Shown: piece by piece, positions 47,800 to 61,094 of the stretch
Position numbering within the stretch: position 1 is the stretch's first letter
How the letters are laid out: each line of letters opens with the position of its first letter
Source of the DNA: Squalus acanthias
Taxonomy: Eukaryota
DNA: 64,000 nucleotides
Direction of reading: 5' to 3'
Assembly (NCBI GenBank): GCA_030390025.1
Contig: CM059428.1
Location: 146,258,001-146,322,000, forward strand
Translations under genes and position numbers: made by a program
The notes under the pieces: model-generated
Database searches by the model: none
What the model was told of the DNA's origin: nothing
The model's input: only the letters and a program-made list of their open reading frames with translations

Positions 47800-50339
47800 G
47801 TACATTTGAAAAGGCGCAAGCTTTTATTTATTTTATAACCTCTATATGCAAATGTTTCCCCCCTTTGATGAAGGGTAAAGGTTGGGGTGCAGCCTGTATG
47901 CAGGGCAGCTTATATGTGTCCTGATATGATAGTTAGAATATACTTCGCATACCAGTTGTCTGGCATGGCAATGGCTAAGGGTACTACCAGGAAAAAAGGC
48001 ACTTTGTTGGCTAATTACAAGAGAGTTTACCTTAAGGATTCATAACGCAGGCACTTGTAGTATTGTCTGTATATTTAATCAGCATTGCAGGCTATATCTG
48101 CCTTCCTCCAAAGATATGTGATTTGGCAACATGGTTTTGCTTTAACTGACTTTTGATCAGAATTCATAAAGCAGGCTTCAAGCTAGGTTCGTGGTATATG
48201 GGGAGACTTGAAAATAAAGGATAAAGTTAGCCATTCTCTTCATGCGATCATCTGCCTTGCCACAGACAGTTGTGGTTCAGGAAATGGAGCAATAAGATCA
48301 AATGTTCTAGAATTTTCTCTTGTGTTTGCGTTGCATGTTGTTACCCAAGATCCTTTATAGTGAGCAGCCGTTTAGTGTTTTGTCATTATTCAGATTTGAG
48401 ATGGTTGATGTGTATATGAGGCTGGACGACTTCTGTTGGCTGGCAAACTGAGGAACAGGAAAACTGTTTCATCTTGGGTGTTAGTGCTGGCCTTTCTAAG
48501 AATAGGTTGAGGATATAAGCCATTATACAGTTTAAGAGAGGTAAATAAAGTGTTGCTGTGCTCCTATGTCCTGTGCCGTGCTATAGGGCACAAGTATCGT
48601 GGCTGTGATTTCTCCCAGATAAAAGTTAAGCCGAGGTTAGCTGCTTCTGCGCCACACCACCCCCCCCCACCACCCCCACCCCCCGAGAGAGGCAAGGAAA
48701 AGAAGGCAGTGCATCATGCTAGGATGTGTAGCTGCTGACAAGAGCTTGGCAGGCAGAGTAGTGAGAAAAGGTTCCCTGTCTGCATGCTTGGCTAGTAAAA
48801 GATATATGGAGCAAACGAGCAAGATTGAAAACAGTAAGAAAGGGACATCGTCCGTTTTAACTTTGGATTAGAACCTGATAGATGTGGCACTTTTTAAGGT
48901 ACATAATTCAAGAATGTTGCACAATATTGTGGGAACAGATGGGGAGAGGGGTCCAATGCAGATTCTTAAAGGTACATGTGTTCAGATGTTTCCATTTGGA
49001 ATTGGTTTTATGCTAAACATCTGGTATGTGAAATATAGCTTCCTTTTGAGAATGAAGATTAGTCCACCTCAGGTGGGTAATATATTTTATTCAAATATCT
49101 GCCTTATTCAAATATCTGCCAGTTAGTTAACTGAAAGCAATATTGCAATGGTTTTTGTGTTTGTAGCATATGCAAATAGTGTGAATGTAAATATTTCAGT
49201 TCCTTTAATTAACACCTGATGGGTACACATGGACCTTATGAAATTCTGATACTACACATGCAGATTATTTGCAAATTTTACAACTGCAGAGCCCTGTTGT
49301 TTTGATCGCTTTTTTTTAACCTTTGGTGCCAGTTATGTAGACAGTGTGAGAAGAGGATAGAATAGACTGCAGCATTTTAAAATTTATTTGCTTTTATTTT
49401 TCTACAAGAGTAGTGAAATATTCAAACCTTTTGAGGACTAGAGTAATTTCTGATTTATTAATGTTTTCTATAATCTGTGAAAGAAATCAGTAATACGGTA
49501 TAAAAGTCTGAAATAGAAACAAGTCTAAATGTACTTTTTAAAAAGAAAAATTGAAAATTGTAATCTCGTATGTCGTCAAAAGATCAAATAATAGGACAGA
49601 ACTTGTCTTCGGTAGTTCAATGTGCAAATAATAAAATAGGAAATGTCTAGCGAGGTAGGCAATAGTCCTGTTTAGACCAAACACACAATAAAATTAGATT
49701 CTTTACTCGTCACATACCATGTCTGTTCTCCAAACCAATCCCACAGGATGAGTCATCTTGGGACACTTTACCTTTACAGGAGATTGTGTTAACATTCCAT
49801 CACAAATCTTTCCCTTTCCCGGTTTTGAACTTCGACATTCAGAACATCAAGGTGTCCATCACACTGACCTGTATAGGTATTTCCACCACTCTAAAGGCAG
49901 ATGTCCTTCATTTGTCTGATTCAGAAACACTGAGACTTGGGATGACAGTTGTTACCTGGAGGCCGAGTACAAGGACGTGCACATTCATATATTCAGGGTT
50001 TGTTACCTACTGTGATGGGACAAGCAGGTGATGCTGAAGCTCTATATCTCTAACTAGTATGTCTGCTCCTTCTGTGCGAGCACAGTGACAATGTGTGCAC
50101 ACATTTTATGGTGAGTTGTGCTATTTACCATGCTGCTTGTGAGAAGCACCTGTTATTTGCAGCCCAACAAGCGAGGACTACTCCAGGGCATTGTTGATTA
50201 TCCAGATGGTCGGGCTCACTAAAGGAACTTGGAGGGGTCACTGGGGGCTGGGATTCTTCTCGGTCTGCTCCAGATAACTCTGCACGTTAGTGCCCTAATG
50301 GGATAGGGTGACCCTAGATGGACAAGGAGTGGGAAGATA

Positions 50340-50782
50340 ACCATAAGAATGTTACAGCACAGAAACAGGCCATTCAGCTTACCAATTCTGCACCAGTGGT
50401 TTTCTTCACATGAACACCTAGTCTAATGCCACTCTGCTGCTTCCTCATTAGCCTTTAATATTGCTCTTTTCAAGAATCTATCTAAATCCCTTTTTTTTTA
50501 AATATGGACTCTAGTTTGTGATGGAGAATTCCATATTTTAGCCACCTTTTCGAACTAGTTTTTTTTCCTAATCTCTTTTTGCCATCATAAATTTATGTCC
50601 TATGGCCAACTCACTGACCAGTGGAAACAATCTATCAGTATTTACATTATCATAACTTTATAATAATCTTGAAGTTCTCTATTGGGTTACCCCTTAACCT
50701 TCTCAGCTCTAGTGAAGAAGCCCTAACTTCTTGGGTCTCTCTTCATAACTGTAACCCCTCATCTCTGGTAACATCCTAATGA
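50340..50782 (-). mobile_element. CR1 3' fragment
   Basis: cataagaatgttacagcacagaaacaggccattcag tail and gaattccatatt...ccccttaaccttctc...ctctagtga, typical of CR1 in reverse. Confidence 0.7.
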
Positions 50783-51747
50783 GAAACATAAGTTAGTGCT
50801 CCTAAACAGCTGAGATCCAAATTCATTCGGGATATTTTCACAGGAGCCTAGAACAGTACTTTTCTGAGATCTCAGCCCATCAAAAATCAGCCTCTTCTCA
50901 CCAACCTGTCTATGGCCTCAATAAAATCCTTGTTCCTCATAGCTAGTCATCACATCATTATCATGAGCCTCAGCATCAGCGTAGTACTGTACCTGTTCCC
51001 CATTGTTCTACAAGATAACTGAAGACCAAGCAGTCAATGCACTAATAACTTCAGTGATTTATTACAATTATGAGACGAGGTAAAATATTAAACTGGAGCT
51101 TCAGACTTGCAGTACCTTCCATTTGGGGCCCTGCTTTGTATTCAAAGCAATACTCCTGCATCTGGCTTAGTAACTCACCAGGCAGACAAAGATAGCTGAA
51201 CTTTCTTTTAATAGCAGCCTGTCCTTTAAGGATTAGTTCAAGGATATACATGGAGGCTCTTTGAATTGTACCAGTGTAGCTGGTATTGGAGTTTGTACAC
51301 ACTGTTAGTATTGGGCCTGAGTGTGACTGAAGTCCACTGTAGGCTTGTGGATCATACTTGGTTTAATGCACTGTTTATCAACTGTGTTCTGAGTGCACCT
51401 TCTCAAAAGAGTTATTCCAGAATTTAAGTGTTTGATAGATATTTGCTACAGCATGCTGTGAAAGGCAGATTAGGAAGGTAGTGTTCTTGAAGGGGAAGAT
51501 GCCCAATTAACACTCTAGCTGTCAGCTTTTCAATCTCAGTGGTATTTATTTAAGGGATTTATCATGGTATGTGGAGATAATTATCATGTTATTTGGAGAG
51601 CCGAGCTCTGTTACAACTGAGGTGAGTAATATATTTCTGTTACTATTTTGTCTTTCTGCATATAATTTCATCCTTGTAAATTTGCTGCTTTGCTTAATTC
51701 TTTTCTCTCCTACATGGCTTGCTCTTTTTTTTTCTCCCTGTCTCCAG

Positions 51748-51843
51748 TGAACCCACCCTTGTCTCTCATACGGTGACTGTCCACACAGTCATGGCAAGAA
51801 CCTCTAGCCCCACTGTAGTAAACTCCAATTCACAACCAATCAG
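51748..51843 (+). CDS. SVIL: SVIL coding exon (96 nt, symmetric phase 2-2)
   Basis: ctgtctccAG|T GAA CCC...ATC AG|GTACTT; EPTLVSHTVTVHTVMARTSSPTVVNSNSQPIR resembles human [23 protein letters not shown] (recalled). Confidence 0.9.
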
Positions 51844-52814
51844 GTACTTTGCAATTTGCATGCCCAGCTAAGTGAATGGCTGTGCCAGTTAAAATACTAT
51901 TGATCATCTAGTTCTAAAAGCATTATCTTGCGTTCTTTTCAAAGTTAAACCTGTACCTTTTGATCTAACTTAATATTTTTACTTTTATTGATTAGTATAT
52001 AATTATGGTACAAGCCACTTTAGAAATCTCTTGTCACAGTTGCTTCGACCGAGTTGTATGAACCAAAAATGTTTTTAATTAAATAAAAATTACTTCAATT
52101 CTGTAACTTATCAAATGTGTGTATGCAGGTACTGCATCCCTATAAATGATGTGATTTGTATACCCTGAACTTAACATGAAAGTATTTTGGTTAATAGGTT
52201 GCCTATTCAAAATCTCAACATGAAGAACTTGTGATTTTTCTTTTTGTTTCCTCCCATAAAAAGTTTCTCATTCCTTTCTGGTTCACCCTAAGCTTTACTC
52301 TGCCCAAAACGGTGCAGATGTGCCCTTCTGCCAGGCCTCTGCTAATGCTACTTTTGAGCTGAACGTAGAGAGGTTTGGAAGAGTTGTCTGAGGCAACTAT
52401 TTGTTACTATTTTTCTCTCATCTTTCCCCAACCCCACTCGCCTCTCCCACCACGAGAGGAGCTGTCTAACTACCACCTGCAGGTAGTTTCCTGATGGCAT
52501 TACTGAGAACCAGACTTCCTGTGATGGTGAGAACCATTGGTGTAAGCCAGTGTTCGGTCACCTTTATAGAAGACCAATATGCTAGGCTGTGGCACCACAT
52601 GGCGAAGATATTTGTGTTCTTTCTACACATTGAGTCGATACTATCATTACAAATTTTTCACTCAGGTTACCATTATCAAAATTCATTCCTAGCTTAATAA
52701 ATTAGTGCTCAATAGCATTCTGCAATAAAACATATAATATGCACTGATTAAATTTAGAAATTAACCAAAATTAAGTTTTTCCTCAATGGCCTAGTAAATA
52801 AAGACATTAAGTCA

Positions 52815-53090
52815 AAAAATAGCAGATGCAATTCCTGGTCTTTGTTGAGTTAGGTGATTGTAACTAGGGCAGCAGTCAAGCACTACAATTGGCTCCGTGC
52901 CCCTGAGCTGGGGGGGGGGGGGGGGGGGGTAACATCCTGATCACTATCCAGCGTCCCCTGCTGGAAACTGCATGTGACCACACGTTGGTTGGTGACGGCA
53001 AGAACTGGCTCAGCTGTGATGCCCTCCACAATCAAATAGCCTTACTGACTACTGATTGTCTTGACTCACACGTGAAGGTTGGCCATTGTC
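52815..53090 (+). mobile_element. tRNA-derived SINE-like repeat
   Basis: Internal similarity to 5960-6225 (reverse); family not assigned. Confidence 0.5.
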
Positions 53091-53176
53091 CATAGAACTG
53101 TCCCTTTCAGGAGAGACGGGGAGAAAATGGCAGGAGGAGGAAGAGAGGGCAGAAGTAGTTGGCCAGTATCTAATTG

Positions 53177-53418
53177 CACAGAATCACAGAATCCCCACAG
53201 TGCAGATAGAGGCCATTTCGGCCCATCGAGCCTGCACCGACACATATCCCACCCTATCCCCGTAACCCCACGTATTTAATCCCCCTAACACTAAGGGTCA
53301 ATTTATCATAGCCAAATCAACCTAACCCGCACATCTTTGGACTGTGGGAGGAAACCGGAGCACCCGGAGGAAACCCACGCAGACACGGGGAGAATGTGCA
53401 AACTCCACACAGTCACAC
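53177..53418 (-). mobile_element. HE1-type V-SINE
   Basis: V-domain in reverse, tgtgggaggaaaccggagcacccggaggaaacccacgcagacacggggagaatgtgcaaactccacac, plus a CR1-derived (cacagaat)n tail. Confidence 0.88.
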
Positions 53419-53604
53419 CTTTTGTATTTTGATCCAAGTGTTGGCAGAAGGTGAATCTTTTAATCCATATTCAAATTTGTCGAAATACAAGAAGCACAAG
53501 TGTAAGCGCATTGGGCAGTTCACTTTTCTTTGTTCAAATGGCAGAGTTGTGTGAAGCACACGGTGCAGAATACATCTTTGTGTTTCAATTCTAGAACATA
53601 CTTT

Positions 53605-53830
53605 ATTACAGCTATCTAGGCCCCAAGCTCTGGCATTCCCTCTGCAAACCTCTCCGCCTCTCTACCTCTCTCTCCTCCTTTGAGACGCTGCTTTAAAACC
53701 TACCTCTTTGACCAAACTGTCCTAATAGCTCCTTCTGTGGTTCGGTGTCAAATTTTGTTTGATAACGCTCCTGTGAAGCGCTTTGGGGCGTTTCACTATG
53801 TTAGGCACTATATAAATGCAAGTTGTTTTT
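53605..53830 (+). mobile_element. L2 LINE 3' end
   Basis: ctttaaaacctacctctttgaccaa...gtgaagcgctttgggg...ctatataaatgcaagttgtt; reverse of the L2 at 9190/11142. Confidence 0.8.
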
Positions 53831-56800
53831 TGCTAAGCAGGTTACAGGTAGGTTTAATGGTGTTTAAGTAAAGCCAATCGATAGTTAACTTTTAACCATT
53901 CAGATTCTGGATTTTCATGCAATAAAATTAAGACAAATAATTCATTAGTGAACGTAGTACAGTAGTTGGAACCTAATACTTGTCTGGTTTAATATTTACT
54001 GCCTGGTTAGGGTATTTACAAGATGGTAATTGGGGGGAAAAAAGGTGAGCGGCAGCTCATGTAAACTAATTAGGATATGTGTTCAAAACTAATATTCATT
54101 ATCTGCAATTTTTTGCATCAAAGCTCTCAATAAAAATGAGAGAGAAGCATGCAGTTTGTTTTATTGGCCTTCACTGCCAGTTCGTGAGCCTTTTCAGTTG
54201 TGAAATAAAGTAGGTATTCCAGTATTAGAACATTTCTGCTTAAGGTTACTTTGCTTAAGGAGTAGGTCATTGTGTAGCCTCCATCTGCTTTTGAATTTTT
54301 TTAAATCATGGCTTTTTAGAATATCCTCGGACTGCAATTTTAAGCGTGCCACATGTACGTAGTGGGTTCCCATACATATTGGGCTCATTTTTAAGGCAAT
54401 TTTGTTGTTGTTGTTGTTGTTTTCCCCCTCCACCCACCCAGTCAGGTGTTTAGTTTAGTCTTTCTACCAAACTAGATTATAGTTCATTTACTTGTCCAGT
54501 TGGAGTATTGTATCTAATCAACAAACAACTTGTAAAAGATGATGATCAACTCTTCTACAGCTGACTAACAATAGTGTTGAAGCACAGATGAGAGGCAAAC
54601 TGTAATTAATGTGGCATGGACACCATCCAGGGAAAGTGGGGAGCCTGGGTTGTCTGAGCGACACACCTGTGAAACTAAATTATTCAGGGTGGCCTCAAAT
54701 CCAATATTTAAACCTGATATTGATAAAATAAGAAAATAGTGTTCTGAGTTGGATATAAAACGTTGAGCACAAATTATGAAATAACAAATTACTAAGCAGC
54801 AAAAAGTTGTCCATGGCTAAGAAACCTAAACAGCACCATCTGCTGGTTTGGATAATAAATTGCACTTTGTCTGAGTTTTAAATACTGAATAAATAAAACA
54901 GAATTTCAGAAGTCTAGTAATAGGTTATCAAACCTATTGGCCATAGCTTTTCAGCTTATCTCATGTGATGAAGATTCAAAAGGTGCTATTTGTTAATCTT
55001 GTATATAAATTGGTTCTGAACTCTTAACTGAGTTAATTGTAAATTTGTGTAAGTCGATGTATTTAAGCTGAGCCACTTCATTCTTGCCATCCAGAGCATC
55101 CAAATATACAGGCGTGTCTTGTGTTTCGCTTGAAATACGTACGCTTTGTTTTGCTAGATTAGGTTTAAAGTGCGATTACAGAATTTAACATTGCATTTTA
55201 ATTGCGCCTATGTTTTCTGTTGGTGGTTAATAACTTGCTGCAACTCTTGATAATTAAAAAGAAAATAGAATGCAATGTATGTATAATGTAATAACATTTT
55301 AAAAGGGAAAATTAAAAACTGCAGCTGTGACCTGTTCTGGCTGAACAATACTTGTGAGTCTTCATACGATTCCTCTTTTTTTACTGCATTCTTTGAGATT
55401 CTCTCTACATTGCACGTTGTTCTCAGGCCTTTGCTAATAGTGCTCTTGAATCAGCTGTTGTAGGCCTGGGAGAATAGCAGGCGGCGATCCTCTTCTCCTC
55501 CTAAAGGGAAGGACCTCTTGGGCTTAAATTGGGAATTCACCATGTGTGGCACAGTCCTTGATGCACATTTAATGCTGGGTTAGGTTATTTGCAAGATGAA
55601 GGCTGAGAAAGATGCCACCTGCTTTTCTTTTAACTTCGTTTTCAAATAAAATATACCAGTTTTAATTAATACTAATGATTTTAACAGTCTTAAAAATATA
55701 AAATTCTGTTCTTCCCCCAGTCGATCTGATGTGTGTACTGCTCCAGACTAGTTTTCGGGATTTACATTATATTGAGGTGTGTTGTGCTCCTGATTCAATT
55801 TAGACTTGGCACTTCTTTAATCAGTAAGATGTGCCATGCCCCTCAACATGAAGAGTTCCCAATCTCTGCTGCACAGCTTTCCCACAAAGAGTGGGGAAGT
55901 TGACTCCAGGCCACATTTGTCTCCTATTAGCCTGCTTGGAGCAGCATTGGCAGAAGCTCAAGAATCTTCCCCTGCTCAATTGACTGTAGTTAGCTCATGA
56001 CCTCCGAAGAACATATTGGGGGCGGGGGGGGGAATAAAGATGTTTGTACCCTTGCCAAAAGTATTGTGCTTATGAATTTGGTATACCAATATTTGAAAGT
56101 AACCTTAAGCAGAAATGTGTAATATTAAACCACAGTTTTAAATATGATCAGTAATTGTGCTGTATCATTGCACTTTAATTTAAAAACAACAGTTAACTAG
56201 CTTAATAGTTCTGTCAACATTAAGCAGGCTTTTTTAATCTAGAGAAAGAGACTTTTATTTAGCAGTTATCATGTCTCTCTAAAATGCCCCAAAGTGCTTC
56301 ACAGACATTTAATTTGCTGTAACTGTAAACACAAAACTCACTGGGTATAATGTTTTAAGCAAATATTGTCAAGAAAACCATAATGAACTTGACCTGAAAT
56401 TTAACTATAACTACTATCTAACTGGAGGAGTTCAGTGTTAAAATGTCCAAGTTCTCATTGAATGAAGTTCGAATTTTTTTAGCCTTCCATTAGGTACCTG
56501 CACAATAGCTATGATGATGAGGTTACAAGACCCCCACCCCCCACCATATAGTGAGATACTATCTGTTCTTTGCCCATACAACTTCTGTTTCTCATTGAAT
56601 TAAAATTTTTAATATTCAGATGTGCACAAGCTAATACCATACCACCCCTTAGTGAGCATCCGGTATTGGAATTGACAGTACAAATAAAATATTTGCTCGG
56701 GTGCTAATTCGTTTACTAGGTATTTTACCATGTATCCATAGTGGGTTTTTAAATTTGCCTGACTGAGATGATGCCTGGAAAACCGGTCTCCATAATTCTG

Positions 56801-57628
56801 CCACAGCCGGTCATGAGCTATTCACCAGTAGGTGTGTGAGCACAGGCATAGCTTACTTTTCCCTCCTCCCGTGTGATTACCTTTCACTCCGGACAAAATG
56901 GCACAGCCTGTGCCCAAATCCTGTCATTGCATGATGCAACACGCTGCCCTTGCATTCTGGAATGCAGATATTTGAATGCAATATTTAAGTCCTTTCTCCT
57001 TTAAATGGTGTTGAACATTTTGAAATAACAATCTCACTTGCTAGATATATGTAACAGATAAATACAGGATTGTAATTAAACTTTGATTCTAACCAGTCAT
57101 TAAACCCTAGAAATATATTTTTCATTTCAGATCTATTTGATTAAACTCTAAACCTTTCATACGCTGGGTTTCCATGCAAACATTGAAAGCTTAACTTGTA
57201 CAACTTTAGTGTATAAACTTTTACAAAACAAAGCAGTTAATTAACTGCACATTTGAGTGCCAAGTGGCCAGTGTATAAAATTGGGTAGAAGTAGTATATT
57301 ATAATGAGTTTCAACCACCATTAAGGTCATTTGTATAGCCTTTAGTAACTTCAGTTTGTAACTTTTTAATGATTTGGATTATTCAGGCTACCGTCTAATA
57401 TTTAAATGTTATTTTTGAAAACCCGTATATCTAGAATAAAATCTAATTACTTTGTTCTTAATGATATGGTTTTCAAAAAAAAAAGACCATTTTGAAATAA
57501 CAGGAAGCTGCGTACATTTTAAGTGATGAATTGTAAAGTTCTAATTTTAGAGAGACATTTTTGGGACAGGGACTATGTAAGTGTACTGCAAAACGATGAC
57601 CTAAATATCAAACCAATGCATTTCCTAG

Positions 57629-57878
57629 ACTACGAGCATCTGCACAGTATACTGCGGAAGAACAGCAGGCGAGTGAAGCCAAAGAATTGACAGAACAAGG
57701 TCAGCATGAAGAGCCAGACATCTCCACACTGAGCCTGGCGGAAAAGATGGCCCTGTTCAATCGCCTTTCGCAACCTGTGACTAAAGTAAAAGCAGCAAGG
57801 AGTAGAAGCGATACTAGGCAGAGACGGTCAAATGCCCGATATCAGACTCAACCAATTACACTGGGCGAAGTTGAACAG
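57629..57878 (+). CDS. SVIL: SVIL coding exon (250 nt)
   Basis: tttcctAG|A CTA CGA GCA...GAA CAG|GTACGT; [23 protein letters not shown]...[21 protein letters not shown]. Confidence 0.96.
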
Positions 57879-59189
57879 GTACGTGTTTACAAGTTACAGT
57901 GACATCTAGTGTTCTTAAGCTTCTAGGCCACTTTCTCTGCAGAAGGTCGGAGCTTGAATATTATTCAGCAAGAGGATGAATTCTATTCCGTCCATTGGGA
58001 AAGATAACCGAGCAGTGGTAGTTTCAGAAACGAGGGTGCACTTTATTTGGCAACGCTGTCTTTAAAAGGTCTGTGCTGAGAATGTGAAAAACAGATGTGG
58101 TTAAAATAGACGCAGTATCTTGATGATGTAGATGAAGTGGAATAGGCTCTGACTCTCAAATGTTTCTTGAACCCAGTAACTGTGTAATCTGGCAACAAAG
58201 ATGGGGAAGAAATTAAGTTGCTTGACTGGATATTTTCAATTTGCAAATTGGAGCATAGTCGTCCAGAAGCTAAATATAATTGCAAGATATAGGGCTATAA
58301 GCTAAATCCGAGAAAAATGTCTCTTGAATATAACGGGACGAAGTGAAGGAAGAGGAAACTTATGAAGTGAGGTAGCATTTCAACAGTTCCAAGTTCTGCC
58401 TCTTTTGTGGACCTTTTGCAATTACAGTAAATAAGCCCTTTAATCTGTAAATGGAGATTTATGTGAAGCAGTTGTATAGGATTACAGTGTTATTACAGCA
58501 CCAGTTATTTTTATCCTTGGAACATTAGCTAATCTGTTATAAAATGGCATTTGGTATTAAAATATGCGCAAAATTTTAATGTATAATAGAAGTATGAATC
58601 TTAAAAGATCTCTACGCGCTGGGGTTAAGACTTCGAGCAAGCCGAAACTTCATAACAGAACAAGATGCTGCATTGCTCTTGGGTGTGGCTTTTTAACTTT
58701 AAGGGCCGAAATTCTATTCCAGTGCAGTGAAACCTGAGGCCATGTAGGACAGTAAAATAAATGTACAAACCTTGCTGCCAGATCTAAGTAATTATAGTCA
58801 CCCTGATTCAAATGGTCAGAGTTAAAACACTCTTGCGTTGTAAGATTGGATTCATGTCCTAGAGCTTAGTTTGATTACTCCTAAAGGTCACAAAATTTCA
58901 AAGTGTTCATATTTTTGAAAGCTTTATCTATAGCTGGTTGCTTCATGCAGGAGATTTACTGGTTTGGGTATATTCTGTGAGAAAATTTTACATGGTCTAA
59001 GGAGGAAACCGGCTTGGTGGGCCAAATTAACCCATTGTTCTTGCTTTGTTAAATCCATAATAGTAGTTACTTAAAGTTCCTCCAGGATAGTAATATCAGA
59101 TTGGCTACGTATGTGTAGAAAGTAGACATTGCTTACCCAAATGTCTGATTTGTAAAATTCTGCATATGTTGTACAATAATGGCGGCAGG

Positions 59190-59632
59190 GGTGTTAGTCT
59201 TGGCTCCATGGTAGCACTCTCGCCTCCGAGTCAGACGGTCATGGGTTCAGGTCCCGCTCCGGATGACTTGCACACACAATCTAGGCTGGCACCTCGGTGC
59301 AGTACTGGGGGAGTGCTGCACTGTCGGAGGTACGATCTTTCGGATGAGACATTAAGCCGAGGCCGCATCTGCCCTCTCAGATGGACTTTAAAGATCCCAT
59401 GGCACTATTCAAAGAAGAGCTGGGGAGTTTTTGTGGTGTCCTGGCCAATATTTATCCCTCAACCGACATCACTAAAACCGATTATCTGCCCATTTATTTC
59501 AATGCTATTTGTGGTATCTTGCTGTGTGCATATTGGCTGTCACGTTTCCCTACATTGCAACAGGGAGTACAAAGTCCTTCATTGGCTGTGACGTGTTTTG
59601 GGCCAACCTGAGGAAAGGAAAGGTTCTATATA
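59190..59632 (+). mobile_element. DeuSINE (SacSINE1-like)
   Basis: tRNA-like head (A box tggctccatggtagc, B box gggttcaggtcc) and Deu-domain aaagatcccatggcactattcaaagaagagc...gtcctggccaatatttatccctcaacc. Confidence 0.8.
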
Positions 59633-59981
59633 ATTTTCTTTCCTCCTCTCCCTCTTTCCTCTTCTAGTTTTTCTCCTCCCTCTTTGACCAATTTTGTGTG
59701 TTAAGGGGTTAATTCATTATACACAGGGTGGCTAAAGTAGCATCCAAAGTTTATTTTAATTTCTGTACAGAAATACATGTATGCAAGTTCAGCAATGAAC
59801 TGCTTAAGGTGTTTGTCTGCCATGTGCTTATTGTGCATTAGCGTTTTGAGTCTAAACAGTCTTGAAAAGTTTAAAGATCTTTGGGAAGGAGAACTTGCAA
59901 GCTTTTTATGCTTTGCAGCAATATATGCTTTTATTTCACTTATTAGCTTATGAAAACTTTTACCTGCCTTTTTTATTACAG

Positions 59982-60573
59982 GTGCAAAATGAAAATGGAA
60001 TTATAAGGCCCTTGTCACAATCTCTGGTAAAGTCGATGGCCAGTCAGGCTGCTACGGTCTCCACAGCCTGTGCTGGTGACCTACACCTTGGAAAGTCTTC
60101 CATTGCTGAGGACAGTTTACATATTACCCACATGTCAGCAGCAAAATCAATTCTTACTTCCCACAGCTCACTTGCCAGTGCTGATATTTCAAGTAAGAGT
60201 GTGCTTCCATCAGAACCCATGCACTCGTCACAAGAAAAAACCTATGGATTCAGTGGAGTATTCGGAGAGGGCGCTGGAGAGGACTACAAAAATGATGAGA
60301 CAAAAGAGATGCTGCAAGAGAGCAGCATATATAATCGTGGCTTTACAGAAACTGAGCCCCAAGTACCCACTGGGAGGTGTATGGATAGTAAACATGGAAC
60401 CCCAGAACGAGAGAGTGGGGAACAGCTCAGTCCAGAAGCCTTGCCACGGGCAGCCGAAAGGAAAGAGATCATGAAATCAGAAAACTTATATGAGAGCTGG
60501 GAAATTGAAGAGAAAAGCTTTGATGAAATGGTGGAAGTGGAAAACACCATGAAGAACAAGCGAGCCGTTACAG
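59982..60573 (+). CDS. SVIL: SVIL coding exon (592 nt)
   Basis: tttattacAG|GTG CAA...GTT ACA G|GTAAGC; VQNENG...AGDL...FDEMVEVENTMKNK, similar to human VQSGK...AGDL...FEEKVEVENVMKRK (recalled). Confidence 0.92.
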
Positions 60574-61094
60574 GTAAGCTGGACTTGATTCTTCCTTTAA
60601 ATCAAAGTTTCATTGTTACTGTAAAGTAGGCGACTCGAACAGTTGGTTGGGTGATTAATGGCCAACCAAAAGATTCTGAGTGTAAATTCAAAGAGTGTCA
60701 TAATTTGGGTGAGTGCTTTTTGAGTCTAGTTTTAAATCCCAAATGCCATTTTGGTTTTCTCCTTCGGAGGAGCTGGAAATTCGCCCTACTTGAATCACAC
60801 TTCTTGTTGGCTAAGCATGCAGTGGTGTTGATGGAAGCTAACTCCATCACAGACTGCAGTGTAACATCCTCCAGGCAACTTCATAGCTGCAGCCAGGAGC
60901 TTTATCATTCCGGCTATCCTGAGCTCCAAGTCTGTGCAACAATCAGGAGCACTTGTTGTGGAGGGAAAACGCAAAACCGATTCGAGGAGTTCTTAGCAGT
61001 TATCTGAAACCAACTTCTTTGCTAAAATGGTCATAAGACCCCTGGACACATGTCACTGTGAATCCATGCATCCACTGAGTACAGGCAGGAGGGA

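Larger units (their letters stand above)
6352..60573 (+). other. SVIL: supervillin gene, 5' portion (multi-exon; continues beyond window)
   Basis: Chain of exons with compatible phases. Spliced translation [13 protein letters not shown]...[11 protein letters not shown]...KAERIAKYKAERRRQLAEKYG...[21 protein letters not shown]...[12 protein letters not shown] matches the known supervillin N-terminus in order. Confidence 0.97.

Noticed and set aside
59190-59265. tRNA gene
   Set aside because: The A and B boxes belong to a SINE head followed by the Deu domain; no complete cloverleaf is evident.
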